Source: an uncultured Candidatus Saccharibacteria bacterium
GTDB lineage: Bacteria; Patescibacteriota; Saccharimonadia; Saccharimonadales; CAYVSP01
Reading direction: 5' to 3'
NCBI GenBank assembly: GCA_964584265.1
Contig: CAZOZI010000004.1
Location: forward strand, 1,877-65,876
Length of the DNA: 64,000 nucleotides
Part shown: positions 15,666 to 25,599 of the stretch, piece by piece
Numbering within the stretch: the first letter of the stretch is position 1
How the letters are laid out: each line of letters starts with the position of its first letter
Notes under the pieces: generated by a model
Seen by the model: only the letters and a program-made list of their open reading frames with translations
What the model was told of the DNA's origin: nothing
Databases searched by the model: none
Translations under genes and position numbers: made by a program

Positions 15666-17810
15666 ATGGGAACAACGATAAACCCATTTGGCAAGAAAAT
15701 CATTAAAGTAGAAACCGAACTAGCGGGTCGCCCATTCAGCCTAGAAGTAGGGCGGGTTGGTTTTAGAAGCACCGCGTCGGTCTTAGCACGTTATGGCGAA
15801 ACCGTGGTGTTGGCTACTGCTATGGTTAGCCAAAAGAGTATTAGCGGCATGGATTACTTTCCTCTCTCCATTGACTATGAAGAAAAATTTTATGCAGCCG
15901 GTAAAATCAGCGGCAGCCGTTTTATTAAACGCGAAGGGCGACCCTCAGACGATGCTGTGTTGATTGGACGTCTTATTGACCGACCAATTCGTCCGCTTTG
16001 GCCTAAAGGCTATCGTCAAGAAGTACAAGGTGTTGCAACCGTGCTCAGTATGGATCCGGCATTTCGGCCGGACATGGTCGCTATGACTGCCATGAGCGCC
16101 GCATTTATGCTAACGGGCGCCCCATTTGAAGGACCAATAGCCGGACTGCGAGTTGGATTGGTTGATGGCAAATTAAAAGCTTTCGCCAGCTCAGAAGAAC
16201 TAAATGAAGGTCTGCTTGATCTGGTAGTGGCCGGAACCAAAGACGCCATTATGATGGTGGAGGCCGGTGCTAACGAAGTTAGCGAAGAGCAAGTTATTGA
16301 AGCGCTTGCATTCGCACACAAAACCATGCAGCCAGCTATAAAACTGCAACAAGAACTGGTTGAAAAAGTTGGCGTTAGTCCTATTGAATATGAACTTCTT
16401 AAGCCTGATGAAGATGTTCAGAAACGCGTTGAAACATGGTTGGCCGGTAAATTGGGTACAGGACTGCGGGCACCATACCCAGAGCGTAATGATATAGTCG
16501 CAAAACTGCGCGACAGTATGTATGCCCATTTCGAAGAAGAGATAGGTGAACAATTTACTGAGCTCAAAGCCGAATACGACGAAGCCTTTACACTGGCTCT
16601 CCATAAAGATGTTCGTGACGGTATAGTAAAAGAAAGTATCCGTCCTGATGGACGTAAATTGGCCGAGATCAGACCTCTATCGAGCGAAGTAGGATTATTA
16701 CCTAGGGCTCATGGCTCTAGCTTATTTACTCGAGGTATGACTCAGGCGCTGAACATAGTAACGCTTGCACCAACCAGCTACGCGCAAATGCTCGATACAA
16801 TGGAGAGAAACGATAGCCAAAAACGCTATATGCATCACTACAACGCCCCTGGTTACACAGTAGGCGAAGTGCGCCGACTCGGTAGTCCGGGCCGCCGTGA
16901 AATAGGGCACTCTGCCCTTGCTGAACGAGCCTTATTGCCGGTAATTCCGGATGAAGCAACATTTCCTTACGCTATTCGCTCAGTTACTGAAATTATGAGC
17001 CAAAATGGCAGCACCAGTATGGCAGCCACTTGTTCGAGTTGCTTGGCGCTGATGGACGCCGGTGTGCCTTTGCTGCGTCCTGTTAGCGGCATTGCCATGG
17101 GCCTTATGATGGAAGGCAATAAGCCGTATATCCTAAGTGACATAGCTGATGCCGAAGATTTTGCTGGCGACATGGACTTTAAAGTAGCCGGTACCCAAAA
17201 GGGCATTACAGCACTACAAATGGATATGAAAGTACACGGTTTGCCGGTGGAAATACTGGCTGAAGCACTGAAACAGGGCAAAGAGGGACGTACACATATT
17301 CTTAAGCATATGCTCGAAACCATAAATCAACCACGTAGCGAAATGAGTACTTACGCTCCGCGCGTGGAATCAATCAAGATTAACCCCGATAAAATTCGTG
17401 AAGTCATCGGCAAGGGCGGCGAGACCATCAATAAAATTATTGCCGAAACAGGGGCAGAAATTGATATTAAAGATGACGGTACAGTCTTTATAGCTAGTCC
17501 GGACAAAGCTAGTATTGACGGGGCTAAGCAATACATTCAGACACTGACGGCTGAACCAGAAGTGGGCAAAATCTACCGAAACGCTCCAGTTGTTAGCGTT
17601 ATGGACTTTGGTGTTTTTGTGCAGATTATGCCAGGCAAAGACGGGCTCGTGCATGTTTCTGAAATGAAAGAAGAGCGCGTAAACAAGCCGAGCGATGTTG
17701 TTAAAGAGGGTGATTTGGTTACCGTTAAGTTGGTCGCTATTGATGATAAGGGGCGCCTGAATCTAAGTATGAAACAGGCAATAAAAGAGGAGCAAAATGT
17801 CAAAGGTTAA
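15666..17810 (+). CDS. pnp: polynucleotide phosphorylase
   Basis: Two RNase PH domains plus KH and S1 C-terminal domains. Start at ATG 15666, preceded by AAAGGAA. Confidence 0.93.
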   Translation: MGTTINPFGKKIIKVETELAGRPFSLEVGRVGFRSTASVLARYGETVVLATAMVSQKSISGMDYFPLSIDYEEKFYAAGKISGSRFIKREGRPSDDAVLIGRLIDRPIRPLWPKGYRQEVQGVATVLSMDPAFRPDMVAMTAMSAAFMLTGAPFEGPIAGLRVGLVDGKLKAFASSEELNEGLLDLVVAGTKDAIMMVEAGANEVSEEQVIEALAFAHKTMQPAIKLQQELVEKVGVSPIEYELLKPDEDVQKRVETWLAGKLGTGLRAPYPERNDIVAKLRDSMYAHFEEEIGEQFTELKAEYDEAFTLALHKDVRDGIVKESIRPDGRKLAEIRPLSSEVGLLPRAHGSSLFTRGMTQALNIVTLAPTSYAQMLDTMERNDSQKRYMHHYNAPGYTVGEVRRLGSPGRREIGHSALAERALLPVIPDEATFPYAIRSVTEIMSQNGSTSMAATCSSCLALMDAGVPLLRPVSGIAMGLMMEGNKPYILSDIADAEDFAGDMDFKVAGTQKGITALQMDMKVHGLPVEILAEALKQGKEGRTHILKHMLETINQPRSEMSTYAPRVESIKINPDKIREVIGKGGETINKIIAETGAEIDIKDDGTVFIASPDKASIDGAKQYIQTLTAEPEVGKIYRNAPVVSVMDFGVFVQIMPGKDGLVHVSEMKEERVNKPSDVVKEGDLVTVKLVAIDDKGRLNLSMKQAIKEEQNVKG

Positions 17811-17985
17811 TATCAAGAACAGCGTAATTGGGGCTGGTTTTCTGCTGCTTGCCTACGCAATCGGCTCTCGGGCGCTCGATACTGGCAGCTACTGGGAATA
17901 TCTTGGCTGTGTTGTTGCCTTAGCGTTTAGTATAAAGTTTATTGTTCACGCACTGCATGCGAATAAATATGGTAAAAAAGTCTAA
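17797..17985 (+). CDS. small two-helix membrane protein
   Basis: 62 aa with two hydrophobic helices. Strong AGAGGAG Shine-Dalgarno inside the pnp 3' end. Confidence 0.55.
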   Translation: MSKVNIKNSVIGAGFLLLAYAIGSRALDTGSYWEYLGCVVALAFSIKFIVHALHANKYGKKV

Positions 17986-18544
17986 ACAAGCTCAACTCGA
18001 CGACATCCGTCAAAAGATCCTTGACGATAAAGTCTGTTTAAACCTGGCGCAGCAGGCGACACAGCTTGTATTTGGTGAAGGCAGCCCAGATGCGGAGTTG
18101 GTTTTTATAGGTGAAGCGCCTGGTAAGAATGAGGATTTGCTGGGCCGCCCATTTGTTGGTGCCGCCGGCAAATTTTTAGATCAAATGTTGGAAATGATCG
18201 GTCTCAAACGCGAAAAAGTCTATATAACCAATATTGTTAAATACCGACCACCAAATAACCGTGATCCACTCCCTGACGAAAAAGAAACCTTTTTGCCTTA
18301 TTTAGAGGCCCAACTAGAAGCAATTCAGCCGAAAGTAACCATAACGCTTGGTCGCCACAGCCTTAATTGCTTCTTGCCGGATCTTTCCATAAGCCAGGTT
18401 CATGGCCAGCCAAAAAGATATAAAGGTCGGGTCTTTTTGCCGCTCTTCCATCCCGCCGCCGCTTTATATAACGGCTCAATGAAACAGACTCTCATTGATG
18501 ACTTTGCCAAGATCCCCATTATTTTAAATAAGCTTTCAGTATAA
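17969..18544 (+). CDS. uracil-DNA glycosylase, family 4
   Basis: [17 protein letters not shown] and FHPAAALY motifs. Start ambiguous: TTG 17942, ATG 17957 or ATG 17969. Confidence 0.85.
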   Translation: MVKKSKQAQLDDIRQKILDDKVCLNLAQQATQLVFGEGSPDAELVFIGEAPGKNEDLLGRPFVGAAGKFLDQMLEMIGLKREKVYITNIVKYRPPNNRDPLPDEKETFLPYLEAQLEAIQPKVTITLGRHSLNCFLPDLSISQVHGQPKRYKGRVFLPLFHPAAALYNGSMKQTLIDDFAKIPIILNKLSV

Positions 18545-18572
18545 GAACTCCAGTAAATCAGAAAGGAATTAT

Positions 18573-20576
18573 ATGAGTCCCAATAAACCAAAACCACAGA
18601 ATAATAATCCTAAACCAGTGCGTAATGCTTCACGCGGTGCCGCTATACGCGCGCAGAGACGCAGTCACGAAGACGCCACCGTAAAGATGAACCAATATTT
18701 AAGCCCTAGTCCTCAAGTTGAAAAACGGCGCGCTAATGTTATTGATGATAGCCCGCGTCTTAAAATTATCGGGTTGGGCGGCATGGATGGCGGCGGCTCC
18801 AAGAACATGATCTTAGTTGAATACATGAATGATGCAGTTGTAATGGATTGCGGAAATGATCTTGGCGTTGACTTGCCAGGTATTAATTATGGCATTGCAG
18901 ATACGTCGTACCTAGATAGCATTAGTAATAAGTTGCGAGCGTTCATTATGACGCATGGACATCTTGATCACATAGGTGCACTACCGCATATTTTGCCTAA
19001 ATATCCTAATGTGCCAGTCTACGGCAGTGGTTTCACTATTGGTCGGGTTGAGGAGATATTTCATAATTTTGGTCTGCCAATGCCGGAAGGGTTTGAACTT
19101 AAAACCGTCGCAATGAACGAAAATACCCACGAACGGCTTAAAATTGGCAACTTTTTCGTCGAACTGGTGCGTGTAACTCACTCTATTCCCGGCAGTACTG
19201 TGGTTGTGCTTGATACGCCAGTTGGCCGTCTCATTAACACCGGTGACTTTAAGTTCGATCCCCATCCATTAGATCAGGAAGTTACTGATTATGACCGGCT
19301 CAAGCAATTAGGCGATGAAGGCGTGTTAGCTCTCATGAGTGAGAGCACCACATCTGAACGTCCCGGACGCACACCGTCCGAAAGTATTATTGAGCCGACC
19401 ATTATTGACATCATGGACCGAGCACCTGGCCGAATTTTCGTGGCTCTTTTTTCCACTAATATGAAACGGGTGCAGATGATTATAAATGCTGCCGTTCACC
19501 ACAACAAAAAAGTGGCCATGGATGGGCGCAGCATGGTAAGCACTTTGGAAATGGCTGTTCGACATGGTTTTATGAAAATTCCAAAGGGCACATTTGTGCC
19601 GATAGCCAGCTCTACTAATTTAAAAGATGACGAATTAGTAGTAGTTTGTACCGGTAGCCAAGGTGAACCTAACTCTGCATTGGTGCGCATGAGTGAAGGT
19701 GATCACAAACATATCAAACTCAAACAGCAAGACACGGTGATTCTATCCAGCACCCCTATTCCAGAATCGGGCAATGATGCATTAATCGGTAATATGGTAG
19801 ATGACTTAGTGCGCAAAGGAGTGCATGTTTATGAACATCGCAATGCCGAAATTGATCACATTGGCCCTCTGCACACATCTGGACATGCCTCTCAAGAAGA
19901 GTATGGCGAAATGATTCAGCTGACTAAACCAAAGTTCTTCATCCCAATTTACGGTGCATTTCGTAGTAAGCAGCGTCATATTGAGTTGGCAATAGAGCAC
20001 GGCATCCCGCGTGCCAGTACTCTTAATGCCGAAAATGGCGACGTGATAAGCATTAGCAAAGATAAGATGGAGATAACCGAGCAAGTATCGCATGGTACGG
20101 TGCTAGTGGACCAGACTGGCTCAATTGTCAGCAACATTGTCATCAAAGATCGACTCATGCTGGCTGAAGAAGGTTTGGTGGCGGTAGTGCTTACGCTCGA
20201 TAAGAAAAACGGCGCACTATTAACCAGCCCCGATATAATCAGCCGCGGTTTCATTTATATGCGCGACAGCGAGGAGCTTATGAATGCCTTTCGCAATGAA
20301 CTCAGACGCGCAGTCCAACAGCGTTTCAAGCGGATTGACTTGGATAGATTCAAGCAGGAACTTAGAGAACATGTTACACACTTTTTGTTTGAGCAAACTG
20401 GCCGAAGCCCAATCGTTATTCCAGTTGTTAATGTAATTGGTAAAACACCGGAAAAACCACATGGCCAGAATGGAAATGGAGCTCCCAAAACGCAAGAAGA
20501 GGAGACTGAAGATTTGCAGAAGCGATTTGCCGCTATGCGCGCCAAACTGTTGAATCAAGATGCCCGAATAGATTGA
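18573..20576 (+). CDS. rnj: ribonuclease J
   Basis: Metallo-beta-lactamase HGHLDHIGALP motif, beta-CASP and C-terminal domains. AAAGGA Shine-Dalgarno. Confidence 0.9.
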   Translation: MSPNKPKPQNNNPKPVRNASRGAAIRAQRRSHEDATVKMNQYLSPSPQVEKRRANVIDDSPRLKIIGLGGMDGGGSKNMILVEYMNDAVVMDCGNDLGVDLPGINYGIADTSYLDSISNKLRAFIMTHGHLDHIGALPHILPKYPNVPVYGSGFTIGRVEEIFHNFGLPMPEGFELKTVAMNENTHERLKIGNFFVELVRVTHSIPGSTVVVLDTPVGRLINTGDFKFDPHPLDQEVTDYDRLKQLGDEGVLALMSESTTSERPGRTPSESIIEPTIIDIMDRAPGRIFVALFSTNMKRVQMIINAAVHHNKKVAMDGRSMVSTLEMAVRHGFMKIPKGTFVPIASSTNLKDDELVVVCTGSQGEPNSALVRMSEGDHKHIKLKQQDTVILSSTPIPESGNDALIGNMVDDLVRKGVHVYEHRNAEIDHIGPLHTSGHASQEEYGEMIQLTKPKFFIPIYGAFRSKQRHIELAIEHGIPRASTLNAENGDVISISKDKMEITEQVSHGTVLVDQTGSIVSNIVIKDRLMLAEEGLVAVVLTLDKKNGALLTSPDIISRGFIYMRDSEELMNAFRNELRRAVQQRFKRIDLDRFKQELREHVTHFLFEQTGRSPIVIPVVNVIGKTPEKPHGQNGNGAPKTQEEETEDLQKRFAAMRAKLLNQDARID

Positions 20577-20600
20577 CAAACCATAGACAAATGCTATAAT
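20573..20600 (+). promoter_or_regulatory. consensus sigma70-type promoter
   Basis: TTGACA-16-TATAAT. Overlaps the rnj stop. Drives ORF 20656. Confidence 0.65.
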
Positions 20601-20655
20601 TGGTTAAATAAGTTGTCCTGACACAACCATAAGGAACGGGACAAAAGGAATCTTC

Positions 20656-20976
20656 GTGAGTACTGGTTCAACAAGCGGTCCTGAAGCCTCGGGAGCATCT
20701 TCTTGGCCCCAAAAAAAGCCAATTAGTTATCCAGCATTTGATGGCAGAGCTATGCTTTCTGCTTATAGAGATGAAGAAATACGCCATGACAACATTGTTC
20801 ATGACGGTCTTATCGGTATTGGGCCTGTTGTTGGTGATGGCGGACCGAAAATTGAATCAGAGGGTAGTCCAGCAGAAGTAGTTACACTTGCAGTGGAGCA
20901 ATCTGTGAGAGTTATTCCTGTAGATGTTCCAATGGAACCATCTGCGTCTTTACCTTCTAACATTCAACTCGCCTAA
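20656..20976 (+). CDS. hypothetical protein
   Basis: 106-aa ORF with GTG start and AAGGAA Shine-Dalgarno. Consensus promoter 20573..20600. Confidence 0.55.
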   Translation: MSTGSTSGPEASGASSWPQKKPISYPAFDGRAMLSAYRDEEIRHDNIVHDGLIGIGPVVGDGGPKIESEGSPAEVVTLAVEQSVRVIPVDVPMEPSASLPSNIQLA

Positions 20977-20995
20977 AAGCGTTAAAATGATAGCA

Positions 20996-21024
20996 TTGAC
21001 GGATGATGTAATTTCTGCTACTAT
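20996..21024 (+). promoter_or_regulatory. sigma70-type promoter, leaderless configuration
   Basis: TTGACG-17-TACTAT, then 7 nt to ATG 21032. Confidence 0.6.
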
Positions 21025-21031
21025 ATGATTT

Positions 21032-21229
21032 ATGACAGAAGCAGAGCAGCCTAATCTCACCAGAAAACAGTTAGAATTTATGGCAGATGACGCTCTTGCC
21101 GAATTCAGAGATTTTGCTGATAGCCTTACGGAACCTATTTCAGCCGAGGATCTAGCAAGAGCGAGAGAACTTGGGCATATAAGTGTCGAGGCAAGAATCC
21201 GAGCCATTGAAGCTCCATCTCTAGAGTAA
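21032..21229 (+). CDS. hypothetical small acidic protein
   Basis: 65-aa ORF. Promoter TTGACG-17-TACTAT (20996..21024) ends 7 nt before the ATG. Confidence 0.5.
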   Translation: MTEAEQPNLTRKQLEFMADDALAEFRDFADSLTEPISAEDLARARELGHISVEARIRAIEAPSLE

Positions 21230-21250
21230 GTGTTATAATTAAAACCGGTT

Positions 21251-23446
21251 ATGGCCAAAAAGAAAAATCCTGTTAAGAACAAAAAGAAGAAAGTTGAGAA
21301 CATTGAGCGCTCCAGCTTCTGGCCTCTGAGTGGTGCGGTAGCTTTGATGGTTCTAGCTATCTTTTTGCTTCTAGGTGGTTTTAACACGGGCGGACCTTTG
21401 CCAAAAAACTTGTTTCACGGCGCTTATTGGGGGCTTGGCTGGGCAGCATACCTTGCACCTATAGCACTCGTTTACTGGGGCATCCACAAGTTTGTGAGCG
21501 AAGATTACAAGATCCCACTAGCCAAATTTATTAGTATGCTCACGGCATTAGTAGCTAGTGCTGCTTGGCTACATGTCGCTTTTGTTAGTAAAGATCATAC
21601 TGGACAATTTATTGGTGGACATGGTGGTGAGGTTGGCAGAACACTAGGTAGTGCGGTATTAAATGCAGTTGATAAATTACCTGCCGCATTTATGTTTTTT
21701 ATATTTGCGCTGTTTAGCTACTTCTTTGCTTTCGGTGTTTCACCGAAAGTTCTTATGAAGCTAGTTGAACTATTCAAGCGTCCAGAGAATGACACAGATT
21801 TGAACGATCTTAAAGCCAAGTCGCTTGATCGAAACTTTCAATTGAATGAAGGGGTACCAGTAGAACACCATAGCGCAGCAAGGCTCTCCAGTTTCAAAAA
21901 CACTGCTCAAAAAATGACTCCAACTGATAGCCACGAAGCACTTACCACTGCGAGTGATCCTGATTGGCAATTCCCACCACTGAATTTATTAAATGAAAAA
22001 CAAGATAAAGCAGACGCTGGCGATGTAGAAGGTAATGCCGAAATCATCAAAGAGACCTTTGCCAACTTTAGTATTGATGTCGACATGGAAGGTGCCAATA
22101 TTGGTCCAAGAGTAACTCAGTATACACTCAAACCGCCAGCAGGGGTAAAATTGACCAAAATTGCCGCGCTTGAGAATAACTTGTCGCTCGATTTGGCCGC
22201 TCAGTCCATCCGCATCGAAGCACCCATTCCAGGTAAAAAAGCGGTTGGCATTGAGGTTCCCAACGTCAAACCAGCCACCGTTCGTTTAAATAGTATTCTT
22301 ACCAGTCCCGCCTGGGCGCAGACCAAAGGCGCACTTGGTATTGCCATTGGTAAGGATATCTCGGGCGCGCCAATTATAGCCGATCTGGATTCTATGCCAC
22401 ACCTGCTGGTAGCCGGCCAGACCAATTCCGGTAAGAGCGTCATGATTAACACAGTCCTAACCAGCTTGCTTTATCGTAATAGCCCTAGTGATCTCAAGCT
22501 TATTTTGGTTGATCCAAAACACGTTGAACTAACGCCTTACGATGAGATTCCACACCTGCTTACACCAGTTATTACAGAACCAGAGAAGTGCATTAGTGCC
22601 CTTAAATGGGCAGTGGCTGAAATGGAGCGTCGTTATAGAACGCTAGCTGAAGCGCGTCGGCGTAACATCAACGAATACAACCAGCTCAAAAAAGATGAGG
22701 GGATGCCTTACATCATCATAGTTATTGATGAGTTGGCTGATCTTATGATGATGGCAGCGCGTGATGTTGAAGCGCTCATTGTGCGTATTGCCCAAAAAGC
22801 CCGCGCCGTCGGCATTCATTTAGTCATTGCCACGCAACGTCCGAGCGTAGATGTAGTAACTGGACTTATAAAAGCCAATGTACCGGCCAGAATTGCCTTT
22901 ACAACCAATAGCCAGGTAGATTCACGTACTATTATTGACCAAATAGGTGCCGAGAAACTGTTGGGCATGGGTGATATGCTGTTTGCCACTGCCGATATGC
23001 CCAAACCCAAACGCATACAAGGAGCGCTTATTGAAATTGATGAGGTACAGAAGGTCACTGATTTCTTACGCATGCAGCGTCCGCCACAGTATGATGACGA
23101 AGTTATTTCGCAACCAGTGCAGCTCAATGGTCGAGGCGGAGTAGTAGCTGACTATGGTGCCAATGAGGCAAACGACGATATGTGGAAAGATGCCATCCAG
23201 GTTGTTATTCAGGGCCGAAAGGCCAGCACTAGCTTGCTTCAGCGTCGATTGCGTGTCGGCTACGCTCGAGCCGCGCGGTTGATTGAAACCATGGAAGAGC
23301 AGGGCATTGTTGGCCCCGCCGATGGTAGCCGTCCTCGCGAAGTACTAGTGCAAAATATGGATGAAGTATTCGGGCGTGACGAACCAGCCGAGCCGTCTCC
23401 TGAAGAGAACCCTGCCGACAGTTATGAAGAAGAAAAAGAAGAATAA
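21251..23446 (+). CDS. ftsK: DNA translocase FtsK/SpoIIIE
   Basis: N-terminal TM helices, Walker A GQTNSGKS, Walker B IIIVIDELADL, gamma winged-helix domain (LLQRRLRVGYARAARLIETMEEQGIV). Confidence 0.93.
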   Translation: MAKKKNPVKNKKKKVENIERSSFWPLSGAVALMVLAIFLLLGGFNTGGPLPKNLFHGAYWGLGWAAYLAPIALVYWGIHKFVSEDYKIPLAKFISMLTALVASAAWLHVAFVSKDHTGQFIGGHGGEVGRTLGSAVLNAVDKLPAAFMFFIFALFSYFFAFGVSPKVLMKLVELFKRPENDTDLNDLKAKSLDRNFQLNEGVPVEHHSAARLSSFKNTAQKMTPTDSHEALTTASDPDWQFPPLNLLNEKQDKADAGDVEGNAEIIKETFANFSIDVDMEGANIGPRVTQYTLKPPAGVKLTKIAALENNLSLDLAAQSIRIEAPIPGKKAVGIEVPNVKPATVRLNSILTSPAWAQTKGALGIAIGKDISGAPIIADLDSMPHLLVAGQTNSGKSVMINTVLTSLLYRNSPSDLKLILVDPKHVELTPYDEIPHLLTPVITEPEKCISALKWAVAEMERRYRTLAEARRRNINEYNQLKKDEGMPYIIIVIDELADLMMMAARDVEALIVRIAQKARAVGIHLVIATQRPSVDVVTGLIKANVPARIAFTTNSQVDSRTIIDQIGAEKLLGMGDMLFATADMPKPKRIQGALIEIDEVQKVTDFLRMQRPPQYDDEVISQPVQLNGRGGVVADYGANEANDDMWKDAIQVVIQGRKASTSLLQRRLRVGYARAARLIETMEEQGIVGPADGSRPREVLVQNMDEVFGRDEPAEPSPEENPADSYEEEKEE

Positions 23447-23461
23447 ATTGGTTAAAAAGCT

Positions 23462-24562
23462 GTGAATGTACTAAAAAAACATCCATTTAGTAAAAACACA
23501 CGACTATTTACGGCACTAAGCGCAACCATAGCCATTTTGGTCATAGGTGGTGCAGCTTTGGTTGGTATTAACCGGCTACAAGGCTCACGAGCCTTTACAG
23601 GCCATCACGCCAGGTGCGATCAGAATCAAGCCTATATCAATGGCCAACCAGTGAGTTCAGTCCAAACCGGCCAAACCTTTCAAGCAACTGTTAAATTCTA
23701 CAATGACGGAACTACTTCTTATACCAAAGCCTATGCTTGGTACATGGCTGAGTATAACGGTAGTAATTATTGGAATGCGTCTGGAAGAGACGTTAATGGT
23801 CAGACAGACCCAGGTGGAACCGCTGTATTTAATCTAACACTGCATGCCCCATCATCTGCCGGTACCTATCCTCTTAACTGGACTTTGGGCATCGCATCTT
23901 CACCACCGCAACAAGTTGCTAACCCATGTATTTCACAGCTCCAAGTCAATGCTCCGCAGCCCCCGCCAACTCCAGCGCCAAACGCACCGGGTATTTCAGT
24001 AACAGGGGTAAGCGCGAGTTCAATTAGTTTGGGATGGGGTGCCTCGAACAATACAAGTAGCTACTCAATCTTTCGAGACAACAGCCAGATTGCTAATATT
24101 AACGCTACATCTTATATAAACAGCGGTCTTGGCTGCAATACGTCGCACAGTTACTTTATAGTCGCCAATGGTCCTGGCGGCGCAACTAGGTCAAATACAG
24201 TTTATAAGACCACTAATAGCTGTTCCTCACCTAGCACTCCGGGAGGGACTAACCCACAAGGCGGCGTAAATATACAGCCAATACAGGGGTCTAGCAATGA
24301 TTCAGCTGCCAACCAGAGCTCACAGGAAAGTTTTCTTACAAATGGAGATACGAATGGATCTACGGACTCTAGTAACAATTCGCCATCTTTTGCTCAAGCA
24401 AAGCACAAGCCATTATGGGAAACACTTCTGAGGGTGTTCCTCGTACTTGTCATACTGGCAGGAGTTGGTTTTGGCGGACTGCTACTACTAGGTAAATATT
24501 TAACGGGTCGTAAGCAGAAAGAAGTTGCCGACGATTTGTGGCGCAAATCCGAAGGTCTATAG
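23462..24562 (+). CDS. surface protein with Ig-like and fibronectin type III domains, TM helices at both ends
   Basis: N-terminal TM, FN3-like segment (PGISVTGVSASSISLGWGASNNTSSYSIF), Ser/Asn-rich linker, C-terminal TM. GTG start. Confidence 0.65.
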   Translation: MNVLKKHPFSKNTRLFTALSATIAILVIGGAALVGINRLQGSRAFTGHHARCDQNQAYINGQPVSSVQTGQTFQATVKFYNDGTTSYTKAYAWYMAEYNGSNYWNASGRDVNGQTDPGGTAVFNLTLHAPSSAGTYPLNWTLGIASSPPQQVANPCISQLQVNAPQPPPTPAPNAPGISVTGVSASSISLGWGASNNTSSYSIFRDNSQIANINATSYINSGLGCNTSHSYFIVANGPGGATRSNTVYKTTNSCSSPSTPGGTNPQGGVNIQPIQGSSNDSAANQSSQESFLTNGDTNGSTDSSNNSPSFAQAKHKPLWETLLRVFLVLVILAGVGFGGLLLLGKYLTGRKQKEVADDLWRKSEGL

Positions 24563-24700
24563 TTCTTTTCCAAAGAACCAAATATTTTACTACTTTTTAC
24601 CGAAAAAGTAGCGCAAAAGCTCTCCGGCGACTTCCAGTTCTTTATGACTTTAGTTGTCAAGCGCCACGGGCGCGTTAGCCCCGTAGAGCGCCTTTGAGTT
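24560..24700. repeat. third, partial copy of the composite element
   Basis: Same TAGTTCTTTTCCAAAGAAC 19-mer on the stop codon. Hairpin CTACTTTTT-accg-AAAAAGTAG (24590..24611). Inverted fragment GCGCCCGTGG..GCTTGAC of the right module at about 24655..24676. Confidence 0.5.
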
Positions 24701-24820
24701 TCAGAGTATGAACGTCTATTGACCAACAGGGGTAAGTAAGCTATACTTGTGCGGTCATTAGTACTTCAGGTTACTGCATCTTTTGAGCGAGTAGCCTTTA
24801 ACCAAGAGAAGGACACTATT

Positions 24821-25420
24821 ATGAGTGCACGAGCAACGCAGGCCGATGAAGAACAAGGCGCTGGCGAGGAGCGCAAAGAAGATGTACAACAAAGTACTTC
24901 GACTGCGCACCGGAGTCAGCAACAGGGGTCCCCAGAAAGCCAGCTTTCCGGGGTAAAGCGCCGTAATGCATCGGCAAGTACTGACGGAGTCAGCAGCTCT
25001 CCTGGTGAACAGGTCAGTACGGTGCGTGGGTCGGTGAATCAGTACGAAATTGCTGTGCTATATCATCCGGATTTAGAAATTGATTTGGATAAAGCCGAAA
25101 AACGGGTGACCAAGATTTTTACCGACAACGTTGGCAAGGTGGTCAAAACCGACAATTGGGGCAAGCGTAAATTGGCGTATCCCATCAAAAAGAGTGAGTC
25201 AGCCGTTTACGTATTTTACACAGTTGAAATACCGGCAGAAGGTGTGCGAAAAATTGAAAGCACGCTGAATATTACAGATGAGGTTATACGTTATCTAATT
25301 GTTCGTCCTGATCTTAAGGCTATCGCTAAAGCAGAAGCTGCCAAAACCGAAAAGGCAAAAAAGGCGGCTGAGCGTGGTGATGGCGAAGAAGACAATGAAA
25401 ATGAGCATACAGAGGAATAA
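24821..25420 (+). CDS. rpsF: 30S ribosomal protein S6 (with ~70-aa N-terminal extension, or a shorter protein from GTG 25034)
   Basis: The S6 core starts at NQYEIAVLYHPD. ATG 24821 has GAAGGA upstream and the frame is open throughout. The extension is built from repeat modules (see findings). Confidence 0.85.
   Translation: MSARATQADEEQGAGEERKEDVQQSTSTAHRSQQQGSPESQLSGVKRRNASASTDGVSSSPGEQVSTVRGSVNQYEIAVLYHPDLEIDLDKAEKRVTKIFTDNVGKVVKTDNWGKRKLAYPIKKSESAVYVFYTVEIPAEGVRKIESTLNITDEVIRYLIVRPDLKAIAKAEAAKTEKAKKAAERGDGEEDNENEHTEE
24845..24912. repeat. P1-like element core in the rpsF 5' region
   Basis: GATGAAGAACAAGG..GGAGCGCAAAGAAGATGTACAACAAAGTACTTCGACTGCGC has the same block order as the polA copy (GATG-AG, CAAGG, GGAGCG, GTAC-GTAC, GCGC). 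Confidence 0.55.
24930..24953. repeat. hairpin module GGGGT-[CCCCAGAAAGC..GCTTTCCGGGG]-TAAAG
   Basis: Shares flanks and architecture with 52418..52445 but has a different, still complementary stem sequence. Confidence 0.55.
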
Positions 25421-25599
25421 TAGGGAAAAGAGAGCCCGAGAATTGAATTTATTTCAACCCCGGCGCGATGAGAAACACGAACGGTTTGTCTCATTAGGCG
25501 AAGCCGCAGAAATGCTTATGCTTGACATAAAATGCTACTCAGCAGTAGGGTATAAGTACAAATTAATGATAAGACGTAGTTCTTATAAGGAGGCCCTAA

